Shown here: one piece after another, positions 1-12,300 of the stretch
Layout: each line of letters opens with the position of its first letter
How positions within the stretch are numbered: the stretch's first letter is position 1
DNA from: Jimgerdemannia flammicorona
Lineage: Eukaryota
Assembly (NCBI GenBank): GCA_003990765.1
Contig: RBNJ01000014.1
Location: 1 to 64,000 of the forward strand
Reading direction: 5' to 3'
DNA: 64,000 nt
Program-made: the position numbers and the translations under genes
Notes under the pieces: model-generated
The model's database searches: none
What the model was told of the DNA's origin: nothing
What the model saw: only the letters and a program-made list of their open reading frames with translations

Positions 1-1932
1 TGTTCAGTGGTCTGAGTGAATAGGGTGGCTCAGGCAGTAGAAGCAGTACTAGGGGAGGGGTCAGAGGGCAGAAGGGGAAGAACTTTGCTGATATGCTGAA
101 GGCTAGAGGTTGGCTAGTAGAAGCTTATAGTAGGTAGGCAGGAGGGAAGAGGAAGCAGAAAGAAGGAGAAGTTGGAGGTATTGGACCTCAGCCAGTAGGA
201 GAAAGGGCTAATGGAGTAGCTGCTAGAAGTAGAGATGAGACTGCTGATGGTTGCATGACTGGGAATCTGGAAAAAAATCCAGATATAACTGTTGATGGGA
301 GGGCTGGGCAGATGGGCCCAAAGAGGAAGGGGGATCTGGCTGATGATATAATGGGGCTGGTGGTGGCACCATTACTCAAGAAGTTGATCTTAGAGTTCAT
401 GGCAACCTTGTGCTTCTGGGGCTTAGTGGTGACAGCAAGAATGGTTTTGGAGATTATCTCAAAGCAGGTGGCTGAAGCTGTCTTGGTAAAGTTTCTGAAG
501 AGATTGGAGAGAGTTGAAGTGGGTTTTGAGGAGGGGCTCATTGGAGAAAACATTGAAATCTGGAGTGGCTGTTGGTGAGGTGGTAGTCCCTATAGTATGG
601 TGTTTGAGGTGAGACCCCAGGATGGTTCAGTTACTGGTGAAGGGGGTGCCTATAGTAACAAAGGTTGAGATTAGGAGGAGGGTAGAGGAGGTGATGGTGG
701 AGTATAGTAATGTGGTTGATATCAGTTTCCAGATATAGGAGGAGACCACTTTCAGGATAGAAGATGTGGATATCAGAATTAGACTGGCTGGAAGAGAGGC
801 TACAGAGAAGACAAGTGACTGGCCTTAGGTAATGATGTAAGGGCTTTTATCTGTAAGATATCGAGGGTGAAAGGGAGTGAAGAGGAGGAGGAGGACTTGT
901 TAGAGACTCTGGAGGAGATGAGTGAAGCAGTAGAGCAGAGGGTGAAGACCTGAAAGTTGTATGTAGAGATGACACATTTGGATATTATCAATGAGAAATA
1001 TATTCACACTGACAAGAGGCAGTGGGAGAGAGCTCAAGGGTGCAAGAAGCAGAGGGAGCTGCTGGTGAGCATGGAAGGAGGAGTGAAGAAGAATTTTGGA
1101 GACACTGAGAAGTCTGGGGGTGTAGAGGTAAGTGTCTGGGCTAGTAAGGGAGGAGAAGATACAGAAGAGGGTCTAGATGGGGCCAGGAAGATGTCACACA
1201 AGGATCCATTTGCTGATGGTATGTTTGAAGTCTGGGAACCAGTCTTGGAAGGCACTCTCTCGCTAGTTAGGCAAGGTCCTGCTGTGAGGGGTTGGGCAGC
1301 AGAGGATGAGCTGATGCGAAGTACATACTCAGCAAGTACACTTTGGAGTTTCTGACATGGTGAAGAGAGAACAGGTGGTGGTAGTTGGTGAGGATGAGCT
1401 GGTGGATGTCCCAGAGGAGGGGTGGGATGAGACTGCAAGTGTGGGGGCAGATACCATAATGCTGGATATGGGAAGACCAGGGACACCAGGAGGGAAGGAG
1501 ATGGGAAACCTGCTGTGGATGAGCCAGATAATGAATAACTTTGCAGCTGAGGAGTTGGGGGAAGTAGACCTGAGAGTGATGAGTGAAGAGTATTGAGTGT
1601 AGATTCCATATAGAGATGGAGTGGTGGAGGCACTGAAGGTGGAGGTACTTATAATTTTCTTAAAGAAGGAGAGATATGAGGTTGATAAGGAGAGAGAGGC
1701 TGAGCTGGCAGTTATTGCTGGGGAGTGGGCTGCCTACTGCTGGGTAGAGCATCATGGTTTGCAACTCTGGCAGGAGATATATCTGGAGTATCATAAGGAC
1801 TTTAAGGAAAAAGAGAATGGGGAGATGGCTGAGCTTTTGGTCAGGCTAGAGGTGAAGGTGGCTGAAGAGGAGGGACTGGCTACTGAACATAACTTGGACT
1901 TGGCATGGAAGGGATTGGATGTGGACTTGTAA
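1..1932 (+). pseudogene. LINE A ORF1 (degenerate)
   Basis: Fragmented ORFs 255-578, 957-1355, 1357-1596 and 1621-1932 are collinear with ORF1 of LINE B (e.g. ELGEVDLRVMSEEY/DEY, WVEHHGLQLWQ). Confidence 0.85.
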
Positions 1933-1963
1933 AGAATGAGATTGATATTTAATATTATTTCTT

Positions 1964-4285
1964 ATGAACAGTACAACTAATATTTTTTCTCTGAATATAA
2001 ATAGGTTAAAGAGATCTGGGCAGCATAAGAATATTTTTACTTGGCTTAAGGGATTGGAGGCTGATCTCTTCCTACTGCAGGATGTATGGTGTGAGGATGA
2101 GGAGGATCAGATAGAGTGAACAAGAGAATGGAGAGGAGCTATAGCTTGGATTGGCAAAGTAGCGATTCTAGTGAGGAGGGGTAGAGGAGATTTGGGTGGA
2201 ATCAGGAGTTGGGGTGACCATTTGGTCTGGAGAGAATGGCATCAATCTGGGTAGAAACTAGTGAGAGTTGGCTCTTGCTACTGCCCTGTGGCTAGGGGTG
2301 AGCAGATTGTGTAGATTAGGGATCTTTTGGAGGAGGGCATTCTCTTTGAAGAAGGAGTAGATGTTCTAAGAGGTGGCTTTAATATGGTGCAGAATCTTCA
2401 GGTGGATATAACTGATGGAGGAAGGAGTGTGGGTGAGAGGAGTGGTGGTCTGGATGTATGGGAGGAGGTAGAGAATCTTAGCTCCTTAGAGAATATAGGC
2501 AGAATATAGTGGGGAGAAAAGATGGTCTATACACACTGGGTGAATAGACTGGATATGAGGATTGACTGGATTCTGATAGCTAAGTGCTGAGGTATAGATG
2601 TTTGGAAGACTCTGGAGGTAGAGTGGTGCCCATGGTCTGATCACTGGGGGCTATTAGGGCAGGGGCAGTTTGGGGGAGTGGAGATGGACCTAGACATTAG
2701 TTCCTTAACTCCTCTCTACTGGCTGAGAAGGTATTGTGGGACCCATGGGTGGAGGACATCCAAGTGAAGATTTCTAACTAGATATATGAGGGTTTGTCTG
2801 TGGGTGTTTGTTGGATGAAGTTGAAAGAGGCTACAAGGGTTTACTGGAGAGGAGCTGGTAGGGATACTGAGAGGCAGGGAAAGAAAAGAGTAAGGTGTGC
2901 TTCAAATTAATTGATTAGATTACAGATGGAATGGGCAGATTTGTTATCTTCTGAAGAGGTGGATGATTAGAGATTGGGGCAAGTAAAATTGGAGGTGGTG
3001 GAGCTGCAACAGATACTGAGAGAGAAAGAGGAGATATATATAAGAGAAATAGCAGCCAGGCTGAGATGGCAGGGGCTTGAGGAGGGGGAGAGGCCTACTA
3101 GGTACTTGTTGAGGCTCCTCTAGGCTAGGAGGGTGTGACATTGATGGGATGGGATCCTTGATGCAGAGGGAGAAATGGTGCATGGCATACAACAGATCTT
3201 GGGAGTGCTGAAGGAGAGGTGGAGGGGTCTGTGGAGTGAGGAGAAAGGGGGTGTGGATGGAGAGGTGATTGGAGATATGCTGGAGGATGGGAACTGCTAC
3301 AAGTTGAGAGCCTTGGAGACTTGATCCTACTGGTCCAAGAGGAGGAGATTCAGAGAGTCCTTGTGGAAACTAAGCTTGGGACAGTATCTGGAGAGGATGG
3401 GTTTCCTTAGGACTTTTGGAGGAAGATGGCAAAGGTCCCTAGAGTGTTAGGAGAGATGGCAGCCCTCTGTGACCATATTTCTCTAAATAGTGAGTGGGTT
3501 GGAGAGCAGGACTTAGGGCTGGTGGCCTTATTATACAAAGATAAGAGGAGGAGGGAGAACTGGAAGAACTGGAGACCAATTATACTTCTGGATATAGACA
3601 GGAAGATGGTGACTAAGATGATTGTTGCAAGGCTACAGAAGGTTGCCCAACAGGTACTGGGTGAGGAGTAGTGGGGCTTTGTTAGAGGCAGGCTTATCAG
3701 AGATGAGACAGCCTGGGTTTATAACATTATTGAAGGGGCATGGGCTTGTAGATTGGATGGAAGACTAGTCTTTCTGGATCAGAAGAAGGCCTATGACTAC
3801 ATTCAGTAGGTGTGGCTGGGCAAGATATTGGATAGAATTAGTATTCTCGTACAATTTCAAGCTTCTATATTGAATCTATTAGAGGGCAGTAGGGCAGTGC
3901 TAATGTGTAATAGTTACTGGGGTCTGGCATTTCTCTTAAGAAGAGGGGTTCCTCAGAGAGATCCACTATCTTCTATTCTATATGTCCTTTCATTAGAATC
4001 TTTGATGGATAGGATTTGATGAAGGGTAGCAGAGCTCTCCATATATGGTGTAATGTGGAAGGAGGGGGCCTTTGCAGATAATATGGTAGTTGGACTTAGC
4101 TTAGTGGCAGATATTGAGGTACTTAAGGAGATAGTAGAATGGTATGAGGTATACTCTGGAGTGAAACTCAACTAGCATAAGTGTGAGATAATAGTACTGG
4201 AGAATGGGATTGTGGGAGGGGACATCATTGGAACAATTGTCCCTACAGAAGAGGTGGTGTGGTATCTGGACATCTTTCTTTCTAT
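1964..4285 (+). pseudogene. LINE A ORF2, APE endonuclease plus reverse transcriptase (5' part)
   Basis: MNSTTNIFSLNIN, RIDWIL, WSDH (APE); NWRPIILLDID, FLDQKKAYD, GVPQRDPLS, FADN (RT); many premature stops. Confidence 0.92.
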
Positions 4286-5835
4286 TGTAACATACCAGCT
4301 CAATGGAGGCAAATTACAAGATTGGAGGTTGATGTAGTTTGGCTTGAGCCCCCAGTTACTTTGTCAAAAAGCAACAAAATGTTCTAAGATTCCTGAGGTC
4401 CTTGGTGTTTAGTGGTATAATAGTCAAGACTAAATATCTGTGAGTGATTTCCTTATTGGGATGGTTCTCTGGATGTAGCAGCAGTTTGTGTAAATGGGTT
4501 TCCTTTTTGGGTCAACTGGGAATAGCAGAATTTGTGTGTAGTATGAGTGGTTTCCTTCTTGAGTAATGATCTCTGATTTCTGCATAACGATCTGGCAATT
4601 TAGCAGTTCTCCTTATGTGGTTTCTGCATGACAATCTCTATGTAGTGTGATGATCTCTATGCATGACGGTCTGGTAATTTGGTAGTTCTCCTTCTTGGAT
4701 GGTGGGCGATTTTTGTATAGTGTGACAGGTTCCTTATGCAGGATGTTCTGATAATTTGGCAAATAACTCGATTTGGCTTACTGGGAATGTATGGTGTGGA
4801 TTCTTCTGTAACGGGCTCACTGGGAACAATGGATAACTTAGATGGTACGAATCAGGCTCTTCTGGGAATATGTTGGTATGGATTCTTCCTGAATCAGCAG
4901 ACTTCTGAAAACAGTAGCTTAACTGGGAATTAACTTGGATGGCACAGATTTGGCTTCAACTGGGAATATGGTAGATAACTCAAAAATGGTGGGTGATGCG
5001 GGTTCTTCCTGAATCGGTGGGCTCTAACTGAAAAATGGGATGGTGGCTTGGAAAGAGTCTTTTGGCAAAGTTGTGTCAAAGACTGGCTTCATTTGTATGA
5101 ATGGATCACTGCGAAGTTGCATTGGAAACTGGCTTGGGCAAGGCAGCTTTCTCTGAGAATACAGATAACTTGGAAACAGCGGCTTATTCCTTTAGCAGTA
5201 GGTTACTAAAAGATGGCAAAGTTCTTCTTGAACTTAGGCAGCAAATCTTCAGGCTTATCTGGTAAGCATACCAATCAATCTTTATATCGAAAGTGGACCA
5301 GAGTAGAAAGGGGAAATAAGCTCACAATCTCCTAACAGTGGCTGTAGAGTTCCTCTCAAAGTGTGGTAGGCAGACTTGTCTTTTGCTTCAATTTCGGACT
5401 TTTCGGACTCTTCTTTATATTGGAAAGTGAACCAGAGTTGAAATGTGTTCTGAATTTCAGACTGAGGTTTTATTCACTCTCATCTCTGGGGTAATTTATA
5501 CAAGTTGGTTACTATCTGGTTACTATGTGGCTAACTATAGATTTGCTATCTTTGGTAATGTTTGGGTGTATCCTCTGGGTACAGGTGTATCCACAGGACA
5601 TGAGTGTATCCACAGGACATGAGTGTGTCTGCAGGACATGAGTGTGTCTGCAGGATATGAGTGTGTCCTCAGGATACAGGTAAACAATCCTGATCTGGTG
5701 TCTTGGCTAATTATAAGTGTGGCAGGCATGAGTAACTATGATACACTGGAAGTCACATCATGCTGAGTAAGTATGCTAATTGTTCACGTTATCTGGCTAA
5801 GTTATAATTCAGGTGCTATGTTTTGGTCTGTTACA
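4286..5835 (-). repeat. 3' LTR of element 1 (1550 bp)
   Basis: TGTAAC...GTTACA ends; direct repeat of 13419-14971; preceded on the minus strand by purine-rich AGTGGGGGCTGA (PPT-like). Confidence 0.95.
5575..5680. repeat. ~20-bp tandem repeat in LTR U3 (CAGGACATGAGTGTGTCYG)
   Basis: About five units, also present at 14705-14815 in the other LTR. Confidence 0.85.
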
Positions 5836-5874
5836 TCAGCCCCCACTGAAGGGTAGTCTGTCTCAGACTATTCT

Positions 5875-6387
5875 TCAGTCATCATCCCAATAGGCATAAG
5901 CAGCTTCTGCATCTATACCTGTTCCATCATCATCATCTGAGCTATAGTCACTCCATTCTAGGGGCTCTTCTTCCTCCTTAGGAAATAGGGTCTCCACTTG
6001 GTGAATAATGCTGAGATAGGTGAGCAGTGTCATCCTTTGGAGGTCATTCAGAGAAAACTGGGCCTAGATTAAGGCAGAAGAATTTTGTTTATATATTGTG
6101 TATAGTCTGTCTGTGGCAGTAGTATTCCTTCTGTTCAGGCCAGTGGTATTTCGGACATAGGCTAGGTCTGGGAGAGGAAGATTCTGCAATTGTTCTCCAA
6201 TTGTATAATATGTCTGCAGCTGGTAGACCTGGAGTAGCCTCTCGGCCAAGGTGAGGTTCTCTTGATGAACTCAGATTCTTTGAAGATATGTTCCATTGGG
6301 TTCCTGGAACTGAGGCAGGGGAACTGATAGGGCTTGAAGAAAACTAAGAACAAGAGTTTAGAGGTGGTTGCCAATTCTCTAATTCAT
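5875..6387 (-). pseudogene. Extra ORF3 downstream of integrase in element 1, ~170 aa, unknown function, acidic tail
   Basis: One frame of 171 codons whose internal stops are TAG/TAA/TGA, compatible with C-to-T hits. The homolog at 37291-37861 shows many synonymous differences. Confidence 0.75.
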
Positions 6388-9300
6388 GGTGTGAGGAGAA
6401 GTATATCTTGAGGCGATTGATGTGTACTGGTGTTCTCAGGGTTCATCCATCCATGCTTCTTAAATAGATGCTAGTTTCTCTGATATTATGTACAAGATAA
6501 GGTCCTTCCCATTTTGGTTCTAGTTTGGTGGCAAAGTTTGTCTCAATCATGCTTCTCCAAACTAGGACTTGATCTCCAATCTTGATCTTCTGATCCTTCT
6601 GTTTTTGATTATAGTACTTTTTTTGTCTTTCCTGGGCTTTGATAATCTGTCCTTGGGCTTGATTTCGTAACTGTTCTGCCTTCTTGAGGAGGTCTCCGAG
6701 ATTCTCATGATCAGCAGTTCTGGTTCTCTTGATAAACATCATTTCGAATGGCTTTTGTTTGGTGGATATGGCAGGGGTATTCCGAATTTCCCATAGGATC
6801 TCAGGTAAGCAGAGATTCCAATTAGTAGGATTGACTTGGGCAAGTCCTTTCTTGATGGTCTGATTCATTCTCTCTGTCATGCCATTGGTCTGAGGGTAGT
6901 ATGATGTGGTCCTTTTGAGGTGGATCTTGTGAATTCGGGCATAACTTGTGATTATGTTGTTGATGAATTCTGTGCCTCAGTCAGAGATGAGTTCTTCTGG
7001 AGGTCCATATCTGAGTGTGAGTCCATGGAGGAGGCCTACAATGGTTAAGGTATCTGCAATTTCTATTGGGAAAGCCTCAGGCCACTTGGTCAGATGTTCC
7101 ACAAATACAAGGATGTATTTGTTTCTTCTTGGTGTAACTGGTAGAGGCCCAATTACATCTACTCTCCATCTTTGGAAGATGTGAGTGGGTGGGGGAATCA
7201 GTTGCAGAGGGACTTGATAGTTCTTCTTTCCTTGGTACTTCTGGCAGATGTCACATTTCTGAATGATGTCCCGGACTTGAGTTCTAAGGTAGGGCCAATG
7301 TTGATATTATTTTCGAATCTTGTCTTCTGTACTTGTCTGTCCTTGGTGGGCTTTTTGATGTTCTTGTCGGATGAGATCTTCTTGTTCCTTGATGGTCTGA
7401 GGAGCTTCCTTTAGGGTATAGTTCCTCAGGACACCCTTTCTCTGATTCATTGGGGCTGGCGGGAAAGTACATCAACATTGTTGTGGGCTTTCCCTGCTTT
7501 GTGAATGATGGTGATTTTGTAATCCTGAAGGATGAGGATCCAGCAGACTAGAATTCTGGTAGGTTCCTTATGGTTGAATAGCCATTTGAGAGCTGCATGA
7601 TCTGTAATCAGGGTGAACCTTTTTCCGATGAGGTAATGCTTGAACAGGGTGACTGCCCATATGACTGCAAGACATTCCAGTTTGGTGCTGCCATAGTTCA
7701 TCTGCTGCTAGTTGGTGGCCCTGCTTGCATAAGCTATCACATAGTGCTGTTGATCAGGTCCTTCTTGGGACAGTACTGCCCCAAGGCCATCTTTAGAAGC
7801 ATCTGTATACAAGATGAATGTCTTCTGTAGATTGGGGCACATGAGGATTGGTGCTATAGTCATGTAGTTCTTGAGTTCTCTGAAGGCTTTTTCCTGTAAT
7901 TCTGTCTATTTGAATGGTACTCCTTTCTTGAGAAGGATCCAGATTGGGGCAGCAATTTGGGTAAAATCTTTGATAAACCTTCTGTAGTAGGATACTAGCA
8001 TCAAGAATGATAGTGTTTCCTTTGGAGTCTTGGGTACTGGCCAATTATTGATCTTCTCAGTTTTCTTTGGGTCTGCATGAGTTCCTTCTTTTGAAACCAT
8101 AAATCCCAGGAATTCGAGTTTCTGTTTTCCAAAGTAGTATTTCTTTGCATTCAGTCTCAAGTGATTCTTGCAGGTGAGCTTGAAGAATTCCTCTAGGTGG
8201 TGCAGGTGTTCTTCGAAATTTGCTGAATAGATATTGGAATCATCCATATATATAATAAGACAGTGGTGGATCAAGGGGGCATAGACCAAATTCATCATCC
8301 TCTGGAAGGTGGGGGGTGCATTGCAGAGTCCAAAGGGCATTCAGAGGTATTCAAACAGTTTTCCTAGGGCAAGGAAGGTTGTCTTTTGAATGTCCTTGGG
8401 GTCCATGGGGATCTCATAGAATCCTGTGAAGAGGTCCATACTGCTGAAGTATCTGGCATCTTGTAACTGGTCCAAAAGATCATTGATTCTGGGCAAAGGA
8501 TAAGCATCCTTTTCAGTGACTGAGTTGAGTTTTCTGTAATCCATGCAGAGTCTCCATCCTCCTTTCTTTGGTACAATAAGTATAGGGCTGGCCCAGGGGC
8601 TAGTAGAGGGTCGGATGACTCCATTGTCTAAGAGTTCTTGAATGTGCTCCTTTTCGAATGTTTTCAAGTGATGGGGTATTCTATAGGGTTTCTGCCAGAT
8701 GGGTGTTGCACTTCCTGTATTTATGCTGTGGTGATATGATGGATTGTATGGCAGGTTGCCATAATCGGTGGTGAAGATATCTTGATATTTGTTGAGAAGT
8801 TCTACTAGTTGTTGCTATTGTTGAGGTGTCAATTCTTCTCCAATATTGATGGAAGGCTTCACTGTCTCCTGGGTCGCAGAGGGGTCTTTCCTTTCTTCTG
8901 GGACCTTTTGCCATTTCCTGATAGGTTTAGTTCATAAACTTCCCTATGAGTTTGGTTGAGAAAAGGCACCAGATGTCCTATGATGGTTCCTTTTGGCAGG
9001 ATGATGGTCTCCCAACTTTGGTTGTTTGCTCGGGAGTGTACTGGGTTCATCTTGTCAGAGAATGTGTGTCCCTCTATGTCCAGGTGTGGGATGTCTTCCT
9101 TAGATTCAAAGAAAAGGTTTCTGGGATCAGGTGGTGCAAAGATTTCGAAAGTAGTTTATTCTCCAGGCTCCAGGATGAGATTCTTGTGCAGTCTGACTAG
9201 TTGCTGGTATACTTGCTGGGGAACATTCCTCTTGAGGTGGTTGACTTGAAGGAGATGTACCTCTTTCCTGTCTGAACTTCCAAATCCCTTGGCTTGTCTT

Positions 9301-12300
9301 ATTCCTTCAGTTAGTTCAGAGACTTCCTGTAACTGTGGGGTCTTGACCTTCATGAAGACTGCTTGGGCAATCTTCTGTTCTCTAATAATTTGGTGCCATT
9401 CTGCACTACTGTTGTGTAGAATAACCTTGATTTCGCCTGTATATCCAGGGTCAATGGTTCCTCCTTCTACAGTTATCCCTTGTCTGGCAAGTCTGGACCT
9501 TGAGGTCAGTTGAATATAAGCTCCTTGAGGTGGCTGCATGGCTAATCTGGTTCTGACCATGAAGGTTTTTCCAGACTTGATAGATTCATCTTCCAGACTG
9601 TGAAGATCATATCCTACATCCTCTGGGTGGGCTTTGGTCGGGAGTTTGGCCTTGGGGTGCAGCAGGGCATACTGGACAATATCCTTGCTGAGTTTGGGCT
9701 TTCCTAAGGCTGAAGCTCCACTGGCGGAAAGCCTCCAAGCTCTAAGGTTGAGGTGTGGCCATCTGGCTCCAGTAGAGGAGTCTCGGAGGTAATTGATTCC
9801 CCTCCTTCCTGTAGGGTCAAGGGCTTCCATAAAATTGGTGGCATCTTCCACCCATCCTTAGCAGGTTACATATCTGATGAGAGCTAGGATATCTTCTCCC
9901 AAATCATAGATCTTGAGAATTCTTTTTCCAGACTTCTTGGTCCGGCTTTTTTGAATCTGACTTTTTCAGATCTGGCTTCGGTTATCTCCTTTCTTCAAGG
10001 TATGCACTGCAACATCATGGCTGAGGTGAATCTTCTGATGTCTACAGTCTCGGCAATCAGGGTGTCTCCCATGGTTGCAATACCCCATTGCTCGGAAATG
10101 ATATTCCCGGCTATTTATCTCTTGTTGCCTTGGGAATCAGTACTCATCTTGATCATAGGTTGGGGGAAGGGTAGACAAAGGGTATATTTCTGTTTGGGTA
10201 AAGAAGCCTTGTCCTCTAAATCGACTTTGTAACCTTGTGGTGACTTCTTGAAAGGTGGTAGACTGTGCAAGAGTAGTTGGGGGTTCTGGTCTCTGGGGTC
10301 TCTATCTTTCTTGTTGGTCCAACAGATGACACTGATAGCAATAGTCTTGGGGAGAGTGGAAGACTATTTGATGTGGACATCTTCCTAGCTGGAAAGCTTT
10401 CTCTTGGTGGGTTTCTTTCTTGGGGATAATGGTGATAGTGCTGGGTCCTTCCTCTGTATTCCAGGGGTCATTGTCTTCAGGTGGTGTCCAGCAAGGGTTA
10501 TCTCAGGGGATAAGTTCAGAGACTTATTCTTCATCAGGTGCTTCTTGTTCAGGAACTTCTTGGTCAGAAGTTTCTTCTTTCTCAGATGATTCTTGACCCC
10601 AAATTGCTTGTACCTCTGCAGCTTCGGTTGCAGGTGTTTCCGGAATATGTCTGTATTTCTTCTTCTTTCTTCTGCATTCTGGGCAGGCTGCACCAGGTGA
10701 TTTCCTTGTTCCCATGATCTTGGAGGAGTGCTCAGGACACTTGTGTCTCTTGAGGCATGTGGGGCATCCTTTGGCTTCTCCTGTAATGGCTCCAATGGTG
10801 ATGGGGATGGTGTCCTTAGCCCATACATTGTCTTCTGGTCTGTCATCCACCAGGTTAATCCAAGGATTGAGTCTGGGATTATTTCCATCTTCGGATTCTT
10901 CTTCTTCCTCTGTGGTAGATTCTTTACTGCTGGCATACTCTTCCTGAATAGTGACCTTTTTCTTCTTCTTTGATTGCTCATAACTAGTCACCTTAACCCT
11001 ATACTTCTTGCCTTGGTAGTCAAACTTGAGTACTTGTTGGCCAATGTCAACAACTGCACTCATCTCCTTCATCAAATTGGTGCCAAGAATCATGTTATAG
11101 GTGACAGCTTCAGTGACAACAGCTTTGGGGATGGAGAACTGAATGTGTCCAAGGGAGATAGTGATATTTCGTACTTCTCCAAGGGGTTGAGTTCAGGCTC
11201 CATCTGCTACTATGATGCTGAGATTGGATGGTCCATCAATGGGCCATTGAAGGGTGTCCAAGAATCATTTGGCAATGACACAGACAGCTGCTCCTGTATC
11301 TATGAGGATTTTCGCCTTTTGTCCTCCAATATCTCTATGTAAGTAAGTGCTGACATGTCTTTCAGCCGCTTGGACCGGGATGGAAGCTGGTTCTTGCTGT
11401 GGGATTGGAACTCAGCCAGTGCTAGACCTGGTAGTTCTCAGCAACTTGTTTTGGACTCCAGCTGGTGTCAATTGCAAGAACTGCAGAAGAGGAACTTCCA
11501 TCTTAGCTTCTTGGATCTTCTGCCAGGCTTCATTGTAAATGTCTCTAGACATGGTCTTTGGAGTATACTTTTTCTTAGGCCTTGGAGCAGCAGGTTCCCA
11601 TTCTTCTGGTTCCATTTCTTCATCTTCTGGTGGCAATTCATTTGTCTTGGGCACAAAAGGTGAGGGGGTTCAGGGAGGTGTTTCAACTTGTTCCTCCTTG
11701 TGTTCTTCATCTTCTTCTTGAATAATTCTCCTGCTGATGTTCCTGGATGGTCTTCCCACAGGTCTCTTTCTTTTTTCTGCTAGGTAGACTGTCTTTTGGG
11801 TGGTAACCTTGGTAGGATACAAGTCTAGGTCACTGTAGTCTTCACTGTTGCTTGCTTCTTCGAAATCTTCAACAGGATGGGCTTCAGTCTTCTTGTACTG
11901 AGTGTCATTCCTTCAGTTTGGTGGTTCTGAGTCCCTTTGGTCACTTCTTTTGTTGTCACATTCAGTGGCATAGTGTCCAAATTGTCCACAGTGGAAGCTT
12001 TGGACTTGGGCTCTGTCTCGGACAGGGTACCTTCTTTCTTCTTGCTAGTAATTTCTGTTATCTCTTGGTAGATAACCTTGGCTCCTCTGTGGTGGGTACC
12101 CTCTGTTGTTTTGGTAATCCCGATTTTTGCATATGGTGAGTTTTTCAATCTGTCCAACCAATCGGTCTAACTTGGAGCTGAGGTCTTGAATTTCACTTCT
12201 GTTCTTCTTTCCTTCCTTGGCTGGCCTTCTTTCTTCAGACCTTTCTTATCCTTGAAGAAGTCCTTACAGGGCTTTGACCAGGATATCTTCTTTATCTTCC

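Noticed and set aside
4736-4933. Short ORFs inside the LTRs
   Set aside because: Length differs between the two LTRs and they are not conserved in the element 2 LTR.
5875-6387. ORF3 as an envelope gene
   Set aside because: Too short, with no convincing transmembrane anchor, furin site or fusion peptide.
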